DNA of 52,691 nt, filler included, from Sphacelaria rigidula (Eukaryota), in assembly GCA_964200075.2 (NCBI GenBank). It is 3 parts of 3 records of this genome, joined end to end, with 100 filler letters (N's around TTAATTAATTAA, not from the genome) between each part and the next. Parts side by side here need not be neighbours in the genome. Positions count along the whole stretch, not along the records: positions 17,602 to 35,101 come from CAXNAA020001067.1; 2 more parts are not named here. The stretch is one strand, 5' to 3'. Below the pieces are notes generated by a model, which ran no database searches, was not told the origin of the DNA, and saw only the letters and a list, made by a program, of their open reading frames with translations. Shown here one piece after another: positions 23,450-35,201 of the stretch; positions within the stretch are counted from its first letter, which is position 1; every line of letters starts with the position of its first letter. A program made the position numbers and the translations under genes.

Positions 23450-24570
23450 CACTGTCTGTACACTGGTGTGTTGACGCATTGGGAAGACGTTTTGGATCGT
23501 GTGAGCTACGACTTCGTCGTTGTGTTCGTCTCCCCAGAAAACACTGTTAGACGGCACGCAGTGCTGGCTGCGCACTGCTGGAAACTTCTCGTGTGTTGGC
23601 TGGTTCCTCTTCCGTGGAATGAACAAGGCGCCATCTGCTGCAGCGATACTTGTGCTGTTTTTGGGCGTTGGGACCGTGCATAGTACTGCACTGTTTACTT
23701 TTAATACTATGTGAGTGCGGGCGTGGTTAGCCGAGAGATTCGACCGCACCAATACTAGGTTCTAGACTACTGTCCTGGCAATTCCCAAGCAAAACGGAGC
23801 GATCTGATTGGTAGTCACCAGGCAAATCTGTCCCTCTGCGAAATGCAGTCTTCCGAGAAAAAGGCTCAACATTTCGCGCAAATAAGTGTAAAATGGATTT
23901 GAAACCATCCAAGGACATAAATGCCGTGGACAACCCTAGATACGAGGTAATTGCGACCAATTAGATTCGGTCGGATGTTTTCGAGTCGAAATTTCTTTGA
24001 TAAGACACGGGCTGAGCGTCACAGAAGTGAATACCACAATGCAACATAATTGGAAATACACGGAAGAGGATTTGGGGACAACAAAACAGACAGTCCGGTG
24101 TCACTCGGGGTGATGCTCGCAGACGGGGAAGGTATGTCCAAATAGAGCTCTGCGATTGATGACGTTGAAGGTTGCCAGATGATGTGCAGGAACCACGTCT
24201 CGTGACGGAGAGTTCAGCCCGGTTCAAGTAACCTTTCGAGCTTCATGCATACATGCGTTCGGAGACGTTCATGATATTACTCGACAGTATAATGAGAGGA
24301 TTCGCGACATGAAAAAAACAGTTCGTACAATGCACACGGTGGCACATGTACGGGAGCGCGTGGGTGACGTTGCGAGCTCAAGTTGCTTGTGTACCCACTT
24401 GTACCCGGTGGTGCGTGGTACCTTCACACGTCGGGGGGAAACAAAAAGGGTATTTCGACACGAACCCCCTCGAACGAAGTCACACGTCCACGGTGCACCA
24501 GGTGACGCTTTCGTTTTGTAAGCGATTCCCATTAGGCACGATTAACCTTGAAATACTGGTGGGTGCATGA
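23450..24570 (+). mobile_element. Decayed MULE transposase core
   Basis: In-frame VMLADGEGMSK*SSAIDDVEGCQMMCRNHV (24110-24199) gives the second Asp plus the CxxH motif. GYFDTNPLERSH (24448-24483) resembles the TNNxxE catalytic-Glu motif. Confidence 0.6.
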
Positions 24571-24679
24571 TCTCCATGCCGCTGGGTCAAAAGGGCACGG
24601 ACCGATAGACGACCGACTTTATGCAATTCAGCCAACAGTTGCTGATGCAACTTGGCTTCCGCATCAGCAGATCTACATC

Positions 24680-26185
24680 ACTTCAATATTGAAGTGCAGT
24701 ACTCGATTGATGTGCGGAATCATATAGAACAGTGTTTTCGTGAAATTGAGAGTGAAAAGCGGTCAAATAGTGAATCAATCGTTTCAGTTCCGAAACGCCC
24801 CGCCACCAGGCCTAATATGCTTGCTGTGGTGGCTTGCCACTGAGGCCCTCGATATCCCTGAGTAGGATATAGATGTGTAGCTGTGAGCTCACGCGAGTGA
24901 TAGAGGCAAAGAAAAGCACACACGGAATAAAATATTGGTTGGGTTAAAGCGAGTGATCAAACCCTTCTCAATGAGCGCTTTACTCTCATTCTCACGAAAA
25001 CGTTGTTATATTCACTTCATCGTGGCGCATATGGGAGAGCTTGATTTTGATAAATGGACACTTTCCTTGGTTTTAGGACACTACTCCCCCAATACCTTCC
25101 TCCGCCCCCACCCTGGTCATCCTCATCATCAACTTTCCCACACCCTGCAAAATAGGTTCTATTATCGAAGAGTGAACTGCGAACAGTATGGAATCTTTTG
25201 TCTAATGCAACAGACGCAACAGTCGATGCTGTACGTAGTACACTTTCAGTAATGTATTATTTCATCCATGGTGTAAACTTTTCCAGAGACCAGGGTTCTG
25301 GCTCCAAGCCTCCAAGCCTGCAATTGGTACGCGGCATCTCGGCGGGGCATTCATTTTCAATCTGTGAAAAATGAACTAAAGCCGGAATTTCTGCCAGGCC
25401 CGCGTGCACGCATGCTCGGGCATCGCGCCCGTTGATTCCCCACGACTCACGACTCAGGCGCGACGCAAAAGGGGGCAAGCAAGGTGTAACGGGTAGGCCT
25501 TCTCATCCACACTCCCGTGCACTCAAGAGCAGAACCATCTCATGCTCAACCCGATCGGGCTGGATGGAACGGAGAGAGGTACAGTAGAAGATGTAGAAAA
25601 CATTGGTGTCCAGGAAACAGCCCAACATGCGCCGGAGGTGGAGAAACGTAGAATACACGCACGGTAGATATGGTAATGCTGCTGGCAGGGGCGGTGGTCG
25701 TGAGTGGATACGAGCCGCCCAGCGATAGCACCGGAGATACCAGCGTCTACGGTCAGCCGACAACATAATTTTTTTTCGTGAGATTGAGAGTAAAGCGCTG
25801 ATTGAGAGAGGGTTCCATCATTGGCTTCAACTCGGCCAAGTGTTTACTGCGTGTGTGCTTTTCTTCGCCTGTATCACTGGCGTGTGCTTACAGCGACAAG
25901 TCGATATCCTACTCAGGGATATCGAGGGCTTTAGTGGCAAGCTACAACAGAAAGCATAGCAAGCCTCGTGGAGGTGCAGTTCGGTACTGATGCGATTCGT
26001 TCACTACTTGACCGCTTCCCACTCTCGATCATATCCTCTAGTCTCAATCTCAGGGGAACACAGTTAATACTGTTTTGAAATGATGCCTGGCGTCTCCGCG
26101 AGTGACCCTTTCCCGGTCGAGTTTCAGATTTTTGATATAGCAATTTTCGCACATCGGAATCGAGCCCCGGGCCTTCGATACTGGC
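24680..26185. mobile_element. Element with long imperfect inverted repeats (~24680-25005 / ~25765-26185) around a ~760-bp core
   Basis: gccctcgatatccctgagtaggatat (24845-24870) is mirrored at ~25904-25929. agcgctttactctca and agcggtcaa.tagtgaa are also mirrored. Confidence 0.8.
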
Positions 26186-26989
26186 ATACACCGACCTCCC
26201 GGAGAATGACCTCCTCGGCCGTTGCGCGGTTTACTGGAGAATGACCACCTTGGTTCTCGGGCCCAACCGGCCAGAGGCTACCCTGAATCAGACCAATGAA
26301 GGCATTCGGAGGTCACCTTGTATGAAAAAATACTGTACGTGAAGTCCAGATTTGAATATAAGTAAATATAAAACACGGTCCGTCGCGTACCGGAGGCGAT
26401 GCCCGCAAACGCTGACATCTCCTGCAGGAGCGTCTCGACTAGTGGTGCTTGACGTCAGCCAATTAATTTGTTTCGAGAGGAAGTGTGGCACCCGAGAGAT
26501 TGCATGATGGATATGGACATTTGTCACGGCCAGGTACGCCTTAGGACTTTCCACCAGCATCAGGCACACTTCTAGATAGCATTTAAATCACCGTGAATAA
26601 CATCTGATTGGTCAAGACGGCGGAATAGCTGTAGGGGACGACAACCCCGGCATATATACCCGAAAATGTCTACTTCTCCGCCCTCAGTCTGTACCGTCAC
26701 GGTTGTGAACAACTAGAGGGCATCACGCAACCATAACTCGTAGCGAGAAGCAAGCACGCTGGACGATATCAACATCATGAGTGTCAGCAGTTACTTTTCT
26801 CCGTTACTCTCGCCAATGGAGGTTCCTCAAACTCGGGGTTCCCGGCATACTTGACTGTCATCTACTGTTGCGAATAAGGCAGGATGGTCGAGTTAGTAAC
26901 CCCTTGCACGCCGCTCCCTTGCCACCATAACTAGGCTGCCTCGGGCATCTCATCTCCGATTTCAGATTACACTCGCCCATCGACAACAA

Positions 26990-29600
26990 TTCGACATGCG
27001 CGACCCTGAATTTATTGTGCCGTGGAAAGCGCGCACTTGACCCTTTCCCCCATGGCAAGACTGACGGAATACTGTGGAAACCTCGAAGCACCCATCGTGC
27101 TGCGCTGCCGTACACGGTCGAACATTGACAAGCACGAGGACGCCAACAGGTGAACAGTTGGGGATTCGCCCCCTGGGAGAAAAAATCCAACCCACACACA
27201 TCGGCAGACCATCCGCGTACGCAGTCTGAACGCTGATCACACCGCCGAGGACTGCGCGGGAACTTGCCGTGTGTTTCGAAAGGGGCATCAATACTTTTTC
27301 CGATCAGATACATGTCTAGCTAGCCAACATTCGAAGCATAAAGCATGTATATTTCATAGATGAGTTCTTCTACGGCAGGCAGTACAACTTCCATGTCATC
27401 TACATTGTCTATATGGGGTACTGTTGTTCCGTCTTTGTTTGTTTCGGAGCAAGTTTTGTGCTCTGAAACACCAGTCCAACTACGACGTAGTTTCTTGCAA
27501 TGTTTAATGGTCGAACTGTGTTTGATGGGTGGGTATCTGGTACTATGTCAAATGGCAGACGAGGTCGCTGAGAAGGAATGGCAGAAAGGGTTGCTACATT
27601 GCTCGAGATTACCACCACATGCGATTAAAAAAGAGGTACCGTGAAAAGAGGTCCTCTGTTTTTTCATTGACGGAGGATAATACGTGGAGGACGGGAGACG
27701 AAAGACGGCTTCTTTAGCCTGGTGATACCGAAAGTCGCGAGGTAAACAGACCGCAGCCCGGAAGACGTGTTGATGTGGACTGGCGGTGGTGCAAAGTGGG
27801 AGTAGACGACTTCTTTTTTTTGCTGCCATCATCTGCTGATGTGCGCGTTCCGTAAGCTCAGGCACCATCATCAGGCATCGATTGAGATGTTCACGAGGCA
27901 AGAGTGGAGAAATATCTATCCGTCACCTCGGTCAGCGAAACAGATGTATTCAGGGCCGTCTGGATGCCTAATAGAGATTCAATTAAAAGTGTTCTTTTCG
28001 TCGGAGCCTCCGAAGCATATTGCATCGTCAAGCAGCAGGTGGAGAAAGTGCTTCTAAGGTACTTCCACGGGGGTAGTTCATCCGTCTTCCGATTGTTTAT
28101 CCACGAAAGTCTAGGGGAGGATTTGTTCTTGTAGTATACAACAGTTTCGAAAGCAGGATTTTCGATACCACGCACGACAGCACATTTTTTTGCATGTATA
28201 GCGATGACCTATGCCTCACAATCGCTAGTGTGTCAAGGGCGGTAACGGGGATCGCGTCAAATATCAGCTCCTCTTTTTCGTCGGTCGAAAGATCCTAATT
28301 AAACCAAGTCTTCCACAAGATGGAAAATATGAGTAAAACTGGTCTTGTCGGGGGCTTCCTCCACTGAATGGAACAATCACCATTCCAAACCCGAGATTCC
28401 TGACACTTTACAACTCCAGCAGTTTTTTGTGTAATATACTGGGAACCTCGAGTTCGAAATACTTGAAGTAGGGACGTAGCTCCGAGTCAAGTGTCGTTTC
28501 CCCATACATAGTGACTCCTCTTACGTGGACCGTTCCATGGGCCTCGAAACATCACATACCAACATAACTGGTCTCTCATTCCGACATGTTCCTATTCGCA
28601 AATTACTGTTCCGAAATGAGGACAACATACGATTGCCTTGTACTGTAGCTTCAAGAGGTGTCAAACTCGAGGTCCCCAATATATTCAACCGCAAATTAAC
28701 GTGGAATATAACGGGAATCTCGGATTTGAGATACCTCTACTTTCAGCAGTACAGTGAAGGATGTAGGTAACCATCACCTCCTCAACAACGTGCTCCGCGT
28801 GACGAATTGCGGACAATTATATCAGCATCATGCCGTGCCGAGAGGCGTGGTTTGTAAAAGTTAAATGAAACCCCGCTGTCTCAATATCACGAAAAGGAGA
28901 CAGTGGGGTGTACCCATGTCAGGGTGATCAATTGCACTACCGAGTAGACCCATACAATGTCGTGATCGTAGCTTGAATTGAACAGCGATCCGAAAGGTAG
29001 ACCTCCGTGTGTGGAGATTTGAACTGGATCAAAGGGGTACTGTATTTGATTTCCCGAAAAGTTGCTGTTTCAGGCTGTATCGAATACACCTGCGGCAGTA
29101 AGACCTCGCAGTTGTGTCGTGTGTTGAACATGGCCATCAGATTTGGATCGATTCCTGTGCGGTTCTGTGCGTCCGTTCATGTTAACATACAAAATCAAGG
29201 TGTGCGGGACACGACAGACGAATGTGAACCGCGGCTACGTGTAATACTCGTATTTGAGCTTTCATATTCCAGACGTATCATGCTCAAGAGAAAAGCTAGC
29301 CCTCGAGCGCGCCGTGCGTTCGTTTGTTGACTCGGCATCACAATTACCTGGTGAATCGTCGTCAACCATAATTATCGATGCCAGTGGGCAAGACATGCGG
29401 GAATCCTACTGCTCAAAAGGGTCAGCTCTCCCAGACGAGTCGCCTCTTTGGTGCGGTAATCCAATTATCTATTTTAATCTAGATTCGTTTTGTGTGTAAC
29501 GCGGCTCTGCGTTCAACATGCTCCGCCGATCGATATCAGTTTGTTCACATGCCTCCTACCTCATGATCTCATAGCTGCAATCAGAACGACCTCCAGGACA
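26990..29600 (-). mobile_element. Decayed CACTA/Plavaka-like transposase with a downstream Tudor-like fragment
   Basis: Ordered minus-strand fragments SIGGA (~29520-29535), ARSYCRRC (~29085-29110), SPFRD…RHG (~28830-28905), HFLHLLLDDAICFGG (~28008-28052), then LIGKSIDAPFETHGKF…AYADG (~27209-27313). Confidence 0.4.
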
Positions 29601-30626
29601 GTTGTGTGCGCAGTTCGAGGGGCCCGTTTGACGTTTTCGACATATCCAACAAATATGAAAGAAACAGAACGGCGATTAGGATATGTGAGTGCCAAATGAA
29701 ATGATCCCGAACAGACGCAGAGATGTGTCTACGTATTTGCTGCGTTGGCATCATAGTCACTTGATAAATGAACGACAAGGTCAAACAACTTGTACATCTT
29801 ATCCAACTTGATTCGAGATTCGATCAAGTGCAAGCCTCGTATCGGTGCTGCAATCCCCTTTTTTCTCTTGCCTCCCCTGTTCCGGTGAAGAGACACCTAC
29901 TCGGACATACAACTCATAATCTCCGTTCATATCGACGGCTTTGGCCTGAACCCTGCAGGCTATGCGGACGCAATATAGCGTGTGCACATTCGACCATAAT
30001 CGATGGTAGTCGAACATACAGACTGTAACCCTTCGAGCGCCCGTAAAGGTACACGTGAGAGTAACTCTCAATATCAAAGTAAAATTGATACAATTCAGCA
30101 GATGAGCTCCCTGAGACGGTCGAAGGGTCAACATGTGAACATGCCTCTCAACCTGCGACACGCCTGCACGATACGAATGACTGGCGTGTTCTGCGAATAG
30201 ACGCAACAAACGGATCAAAAGTCCCGCGGCCATTTATTCAACCCGGCATGATATGCGAGTTATATTGGACAGAAGACAAATGCCGATCCTTCACGTGGTA
30301 CACATGTACTACTATACGGCACGAAAATCATGTCATCTGTGGCTCTACAACAACATTCCGGCATGTAACGACTTCTACAGTGCGCTGTAGACCCAACATT
30401 CGCCTGTACCACACATTCGCTAACGGCACTGTATGTGCCAACTAATTGGGTGCTCGGTGTACTACGTTGCGGTAGGGTTCCGACGAGTGGGCGCACCGCA
30501 TCAATCACTTGTATACAGACACTACCCGATGTCCTACCGGATGAATTTCCGTCGCAGAGGAACCCTACCGACAGGCCCATAGTTTGAGATAAAAACACTT
30601 GTTGCACGGGAAGTACCACAGTTGTT

Positions 30627-30667
30627 ATATCAAGTTATTCATGTTATGTAATATCAAGTTATTCATG
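30627..30667. repeat. Short direct repeat atatcaagttattcatg x2
   Basis: Copies at 30627-30643 and 30651-30667. Confidence 0.85.
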
Positions 30668-33083
30668 ATGTCAATTATGAGCCTGTAGACGCATGATTAA
30701 GATTTGAAGAGACAGCAGTACAGTACAAACGTATGATTCGTACCGAGACCACGATTCAGTTCCGATCGACGTTTCACTCGGCCAAGACGCAAAGCTCCGT
30801 GTCGAACAGGTGTGTAGATAAGCAGAGCCCTATCCCTTCAAGAAAGAAACGATGAGGTAAACTCGAGGAAACAACACTAACGATGGTTTCGAATGTAACA
30901 GGAAAACGGGGCTAAAATGGGTCTACAGTATATCGCCTGTATAGAGGATTTATTCCGCAAGTCGAAGCTTCATGAGACTGCGACCTGCCCCGCAATCGAC
31001 GGGTGGGTCGGACGTTTTTTCAGGCTACTCCACCTGCGCGCAGGCGGATTGGCAGACTATTATATACCATTTTCATCCATGACATCACAAAAATTGCGAG
31101 GAAAAGAGAACACCACACGTTTGTACAGTAGCAAAGACGTTTCGACCAGACTCAAGTGCACCTAGACTAGACATGAAACAGGAGACATCGCCGGCTCGTT
31201 TAGGTAGGTTAGGGGGGAGTTATCGCGATAATTCCCCGTCCTGCTTGTACGCATGCATCCAAAAATGCACGAAACTGATCACATGGAACAACCCCAATAT
31301 ATTTTCTTTTTCAGCGTAGGCAAGCAGCCATTATCGACGCGCAACCATTGTATCTTCCCAAGGGCTCACGAAACACGAGTACTGTAACAGGTACCGGACG
31401 CATCGAGAGCCTTGGGGGATTTGCTGTGTGCTTCTCAATACTGGTGGTTCGCGGAAGCAACACAAGAAACTTGCAGCCAAAGCATGCATCCTCGCTTCCC
31501 CCATCCCCCCCGTACGATGTGAACAGAGATCCGGTTCTCACCTGGCATGGAGTGTAGTCTGGCATGCTGACCGTTTCTCCGAGATACGATCGCTGGGTTT
31601 GACATGCTCACGTTTGTGCCTGATAGCTGAGTATTTGCCACCCCTGAGTGCGATGTTGCTGTATCCGCAACAGGACCCTCCGGTGTGGGGATCCGGGGCT
31701 GCATAGCACTGTCCTCTACATCGCTGCGCTCAGGGCTGATGGAAGGCGAGTTGGGAAACGTGTCTGCTGGACCAGCAGATGATGGGGACGTGTTGCGTCG
31801 ACTTGTTGCCCATCTGCTTGCTCTGGACTCTTTGTCAGATCTGTTTTGGCGGTTGATCGTAGTGATGACGCCAGGATATAGGGCAGCTGAGTTTTTGCGC
31901 GTGTGCTCAGCACGATCGACTCAAGGCAAGATGTAGCATAAATTCCAATTGCCTATCGATGCCATGTTCTCACGTCAATGTCAAGAAGGGGTCCAAGAAC
32001 ATATATATTCACGACGAAGGTCACATGTGTTTCGACTGTTGCCTGCAGCGTCGCTTGGCGTGGTGACACGGGATGAACTCACTTCATGGAGTTCAGTACA
32101 ATGAAAGAGGTGACTTAGTATCCACCGTTGAAGTAGGGTGTTTGTCGTACGTTCGGACAAGAACAGCAGGTATCAACCAAAAAAGTGGTCCAACTCTTTG
32201 GGCAATCCGGACGCAAAAATAAAGAATCAACCGGCAGTACTTTCCAAAACGACTCGACGCGACACAAATCCACTCCTTGCCACAACAAACGACGAGCGAT
32301 CGCAGCCCCTCGGCTACACACATGCGCGATTTCTCCCTGGGAAAAATTAAGCGGGTAAAATATGATCAACGCGCAAGTTGAACGCACCTAGAAAAGAACC
32401 GCATGCCGTCCCCGCCGTGTTGTGGGTGTTGGCCCAGGTCTAGTCTAAAGGGATCTTCGATATGTGTAGGCTGCACTCCTAATGTAGTAGTATAAATTTC
32501 CCCCTTGTGATCGTTGCTCCTGCTGTAAACTCGTAGTCCGCGAAATGGATCAGGCCTCGGCTCGAAAGTACAACGTTTCTCAACCCTAGCGTTATCACTT
32601 CAAGGTAGCAGCTATTCGATGTGGGTGTACCCACTGCCATGTGTGTCCTCGTGCGGTACGCCAGTTCCTCACGCGAGAGACATTCGACATGTACGTCGGT
32701 GTGTCCTGGTTCTGATCGCAGTTCCCGCAATTTTTCACAGGAGGCGTTATTTCGTATTTTTATCAACGTACGTCTTGTACCGCATCGTGCGTTGCCCGAC
32801 TGATGTTGCATTTGGTTATCCATCGAGTGCCTTACTCTCTAAATTCCCAGCCACTATTGATATTATTTGTTTTAAGTGTATCAGGTGATGATGTTAGCGT
32901 TGGAACGCTGATGTCTGTTTTCCTCATTTTTCCCGCCCCACTGGCACGGACCTCATCTTGAGGCGTACGGGTCTGATTGAGAGGTATATATATGTGTTTG
33001 AAAAAGAAGAAACATACTGAACCGGAGGCTCTTAGTAGTGATCTGCCCCTGCCCTCTTGTGACGTCGCAAATTGACCGAGATC

Positions 33084-33152
33084 ATGATCCTGTCTCGCGT
33101 GCTGTTCCTTTTGCTCGCCACACTTGTGGCTGCTCTTGGTGGCACAACTCCG
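33084..33152 (+). CDS. Candidate first exon encoding a signal peptide
   Basis: MILSRVLFLLLATLVAALGGTTP followed by a CCG|GTGAGC donor. Downstream exons not resolved. Confidence 0.4.
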
Positions 33153-34292
33153 GTGAGCTTTCGATACTATTTACAGCTGTGTTTTCATCTTGTGTTTTTT
33201 ACGGAACAGCGAGTATCAAACTGTCCGCGAGCGGTGGGCTCGAGTCCGCTGTTTTGTCTGCAAATGCGGTTTGCACTTTGGTCTCGGACACGAACGGTGG
33301 CGAATAGTCGTTCGTTGTGATATCTCGGAGACTTGACCGCTGTGCCTGTGCGGTACGACTGTTGTCACCAGTGCATATGTAATATTCTGATGTTGTAATT
33401 GTACAGCTGTCATTGCTCCGTCATCATGGTCAACCTTCACTTTCTATGCTGCAGTAACAACTGTGGTCAAAAACAAGCAGTACCACACATGGGGGGTGAG
33501 ACGCTCAGCGTCCATCGCACCAGCTTCATCCAGTGGGTATCATGCAGTTTTGATGGAAATCTGAATTGCAGTGCCATGCCGGCGGAAGTTGGTGAGCGCT
33601 GTCACCCTCTGATCAAACAAAAGCGGAACGGGATGGTCTTGGGAGAAACTGAATTCTCGCTGTTCACTGAACCTCAAGCTTATGCTGCTGTACGTTCCTC
33701 CTCTCTGCGATTGCTGTTTAGTTGCTATCGGGAAAAAATGAGGCGTTCTGTCGCTACTGTTGTTGTAGTAAGGCAGGTGTCCTGAGGGCTGAGAGGATCC
33801 TCGTGCCCTCAGGCTGGTTCAAACGCCAGCTTGAGAGTGCGAGCCTCAACCCTTCACGCCTTTTGCTGCAGATTCACCAGGGCGTATAAAGTGGCCAAGG
33901 TCTGCGATCGATTTTTGTTTGCCCTCTATTTCCAGGGCTGGTTTTACATCTGAGATTCTTTGCGCTTGAGAAAGATCGTCTCTCTTGGGAAGCTCTTCGA
34001 GTTCTGTCCCCTTCCCTGACATCGCCATCTTGGAACGGAAACCCGGGATGCCTACGATCGAACCAGTGAACGGTACAGTACCGTAGCGCAGGTCCTTCAG
34101 TCTTGTGAATCTCCACCCACCAAGACGTGGATGCGTGGCACATGCATCCGCGCAGGTGCTATGTCCCTTTGTTGTTGATTGAGCTGTTCGCTCTAGTGAT
34201 ATCCTGGAGCTCGGAAATGGTACCAGTTAAAACTGGTCATGATCATTATAATGCGAAGGCTACTTGACATGTATGAAAAAACAAAAGTTGTT

Positions 34293-34696
34293 GAAAAGTG
34301 TAGTTTTGGTCCGTCTCTGTCGTATTTCCTCCCAAGAGAGGGCTTGGCGGATTTTTACACCTTGGTATGACTTACTTTACTCGCTGAGACCGTTCCAGAG
34401 GACCACTGCGTTTTCCGTGGGTTACAGTTTCGTTTCTGGCCAAACTCGCATTTTCAATAACAAACGGTCAAGTTATGAAGAAATGGCAATCTCTCTCGCA
34501 ATCTCCCGTACTTTGATCACTTGACCATTTGTTCTTGAAAATGCAAGTTTGGCCAGAAACGAAGCTGTAACCCACGGAGAACGCAAAGGTGCTCTGGAAC
34601 GGTCTCAGCGAGTAGAGCAAATCATTTCAAGGTGTCAACATCCGCCTTGCCCTGTAGTGGGGAGCAGCACGGCGAAGGGCCAAAACTGCACTTTTC
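34293..34696. mobile_element. Foldback MITE, ~400 bp, related to the core of 18961-19622
   Basis: Mirrored arms (ctcgctgagaccgttccagag / ctctggaacggtctcagcgag; ccgtgggttacag.ttcgtttctggccaaact / agtttggccagaaacgaa.ctgtaacccacgg). Shares gcggat…gagaccgttcca…attttcaataa…ggtcaag with 19050-19175. Confidence 0.92.
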
Positions 34697-35101
34697 TAAA
34701 AAGAAAATCAACACAAAATAATTAGCCTAAAATTGGTGATAGTTGCACGGAAATTTTGGATGATGGTTCCGAACCATTATTTACCGTTACCAGCCTTTAA
34801 GATTGGTCCAAATTTGACGTATTTTTTAGCTTTAGTGAAGTCAACTTGCGTCAAAACGTGCCTCTCCGGGGGGGGCCCTCTGCCGGGGGCGGGGGGGGGC
34901 TTTTTGGCTCGCGGCTGCGCCGCTCGATGACCAAACCAATACGTGTACCATATAAACGGTTCATGAGTGCGCTACACGTAACCATTCAACTGGTTAATGG
35001 TTAGGCGAACCATTTCCATGCTCTAATACTTGAACAGTTTTGCTCCTCCCGTGACGTAGATTTTTTTTTCCCTCACACTTTGAACCCCTCCCCTTTCTCA
35101 G

Positions 35102-35201
35102 NNNNNNNNNNNNNNNNNNNNNNNNNNNNNNNNNNNNNNNNNNNNTTAATTAATTAANNNNNNNNNNNNNNNNNNNNNNNNNNNNNNNNNNNNNNNNNNN
35201 N
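35102..35201. other. Artificial scaffold linker N44-TTAATTAATTAA-N44
   Basis: Six-frame stop 12-mer at 35146-35157 inside a 100-nt N run. Confidence 0.97.
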
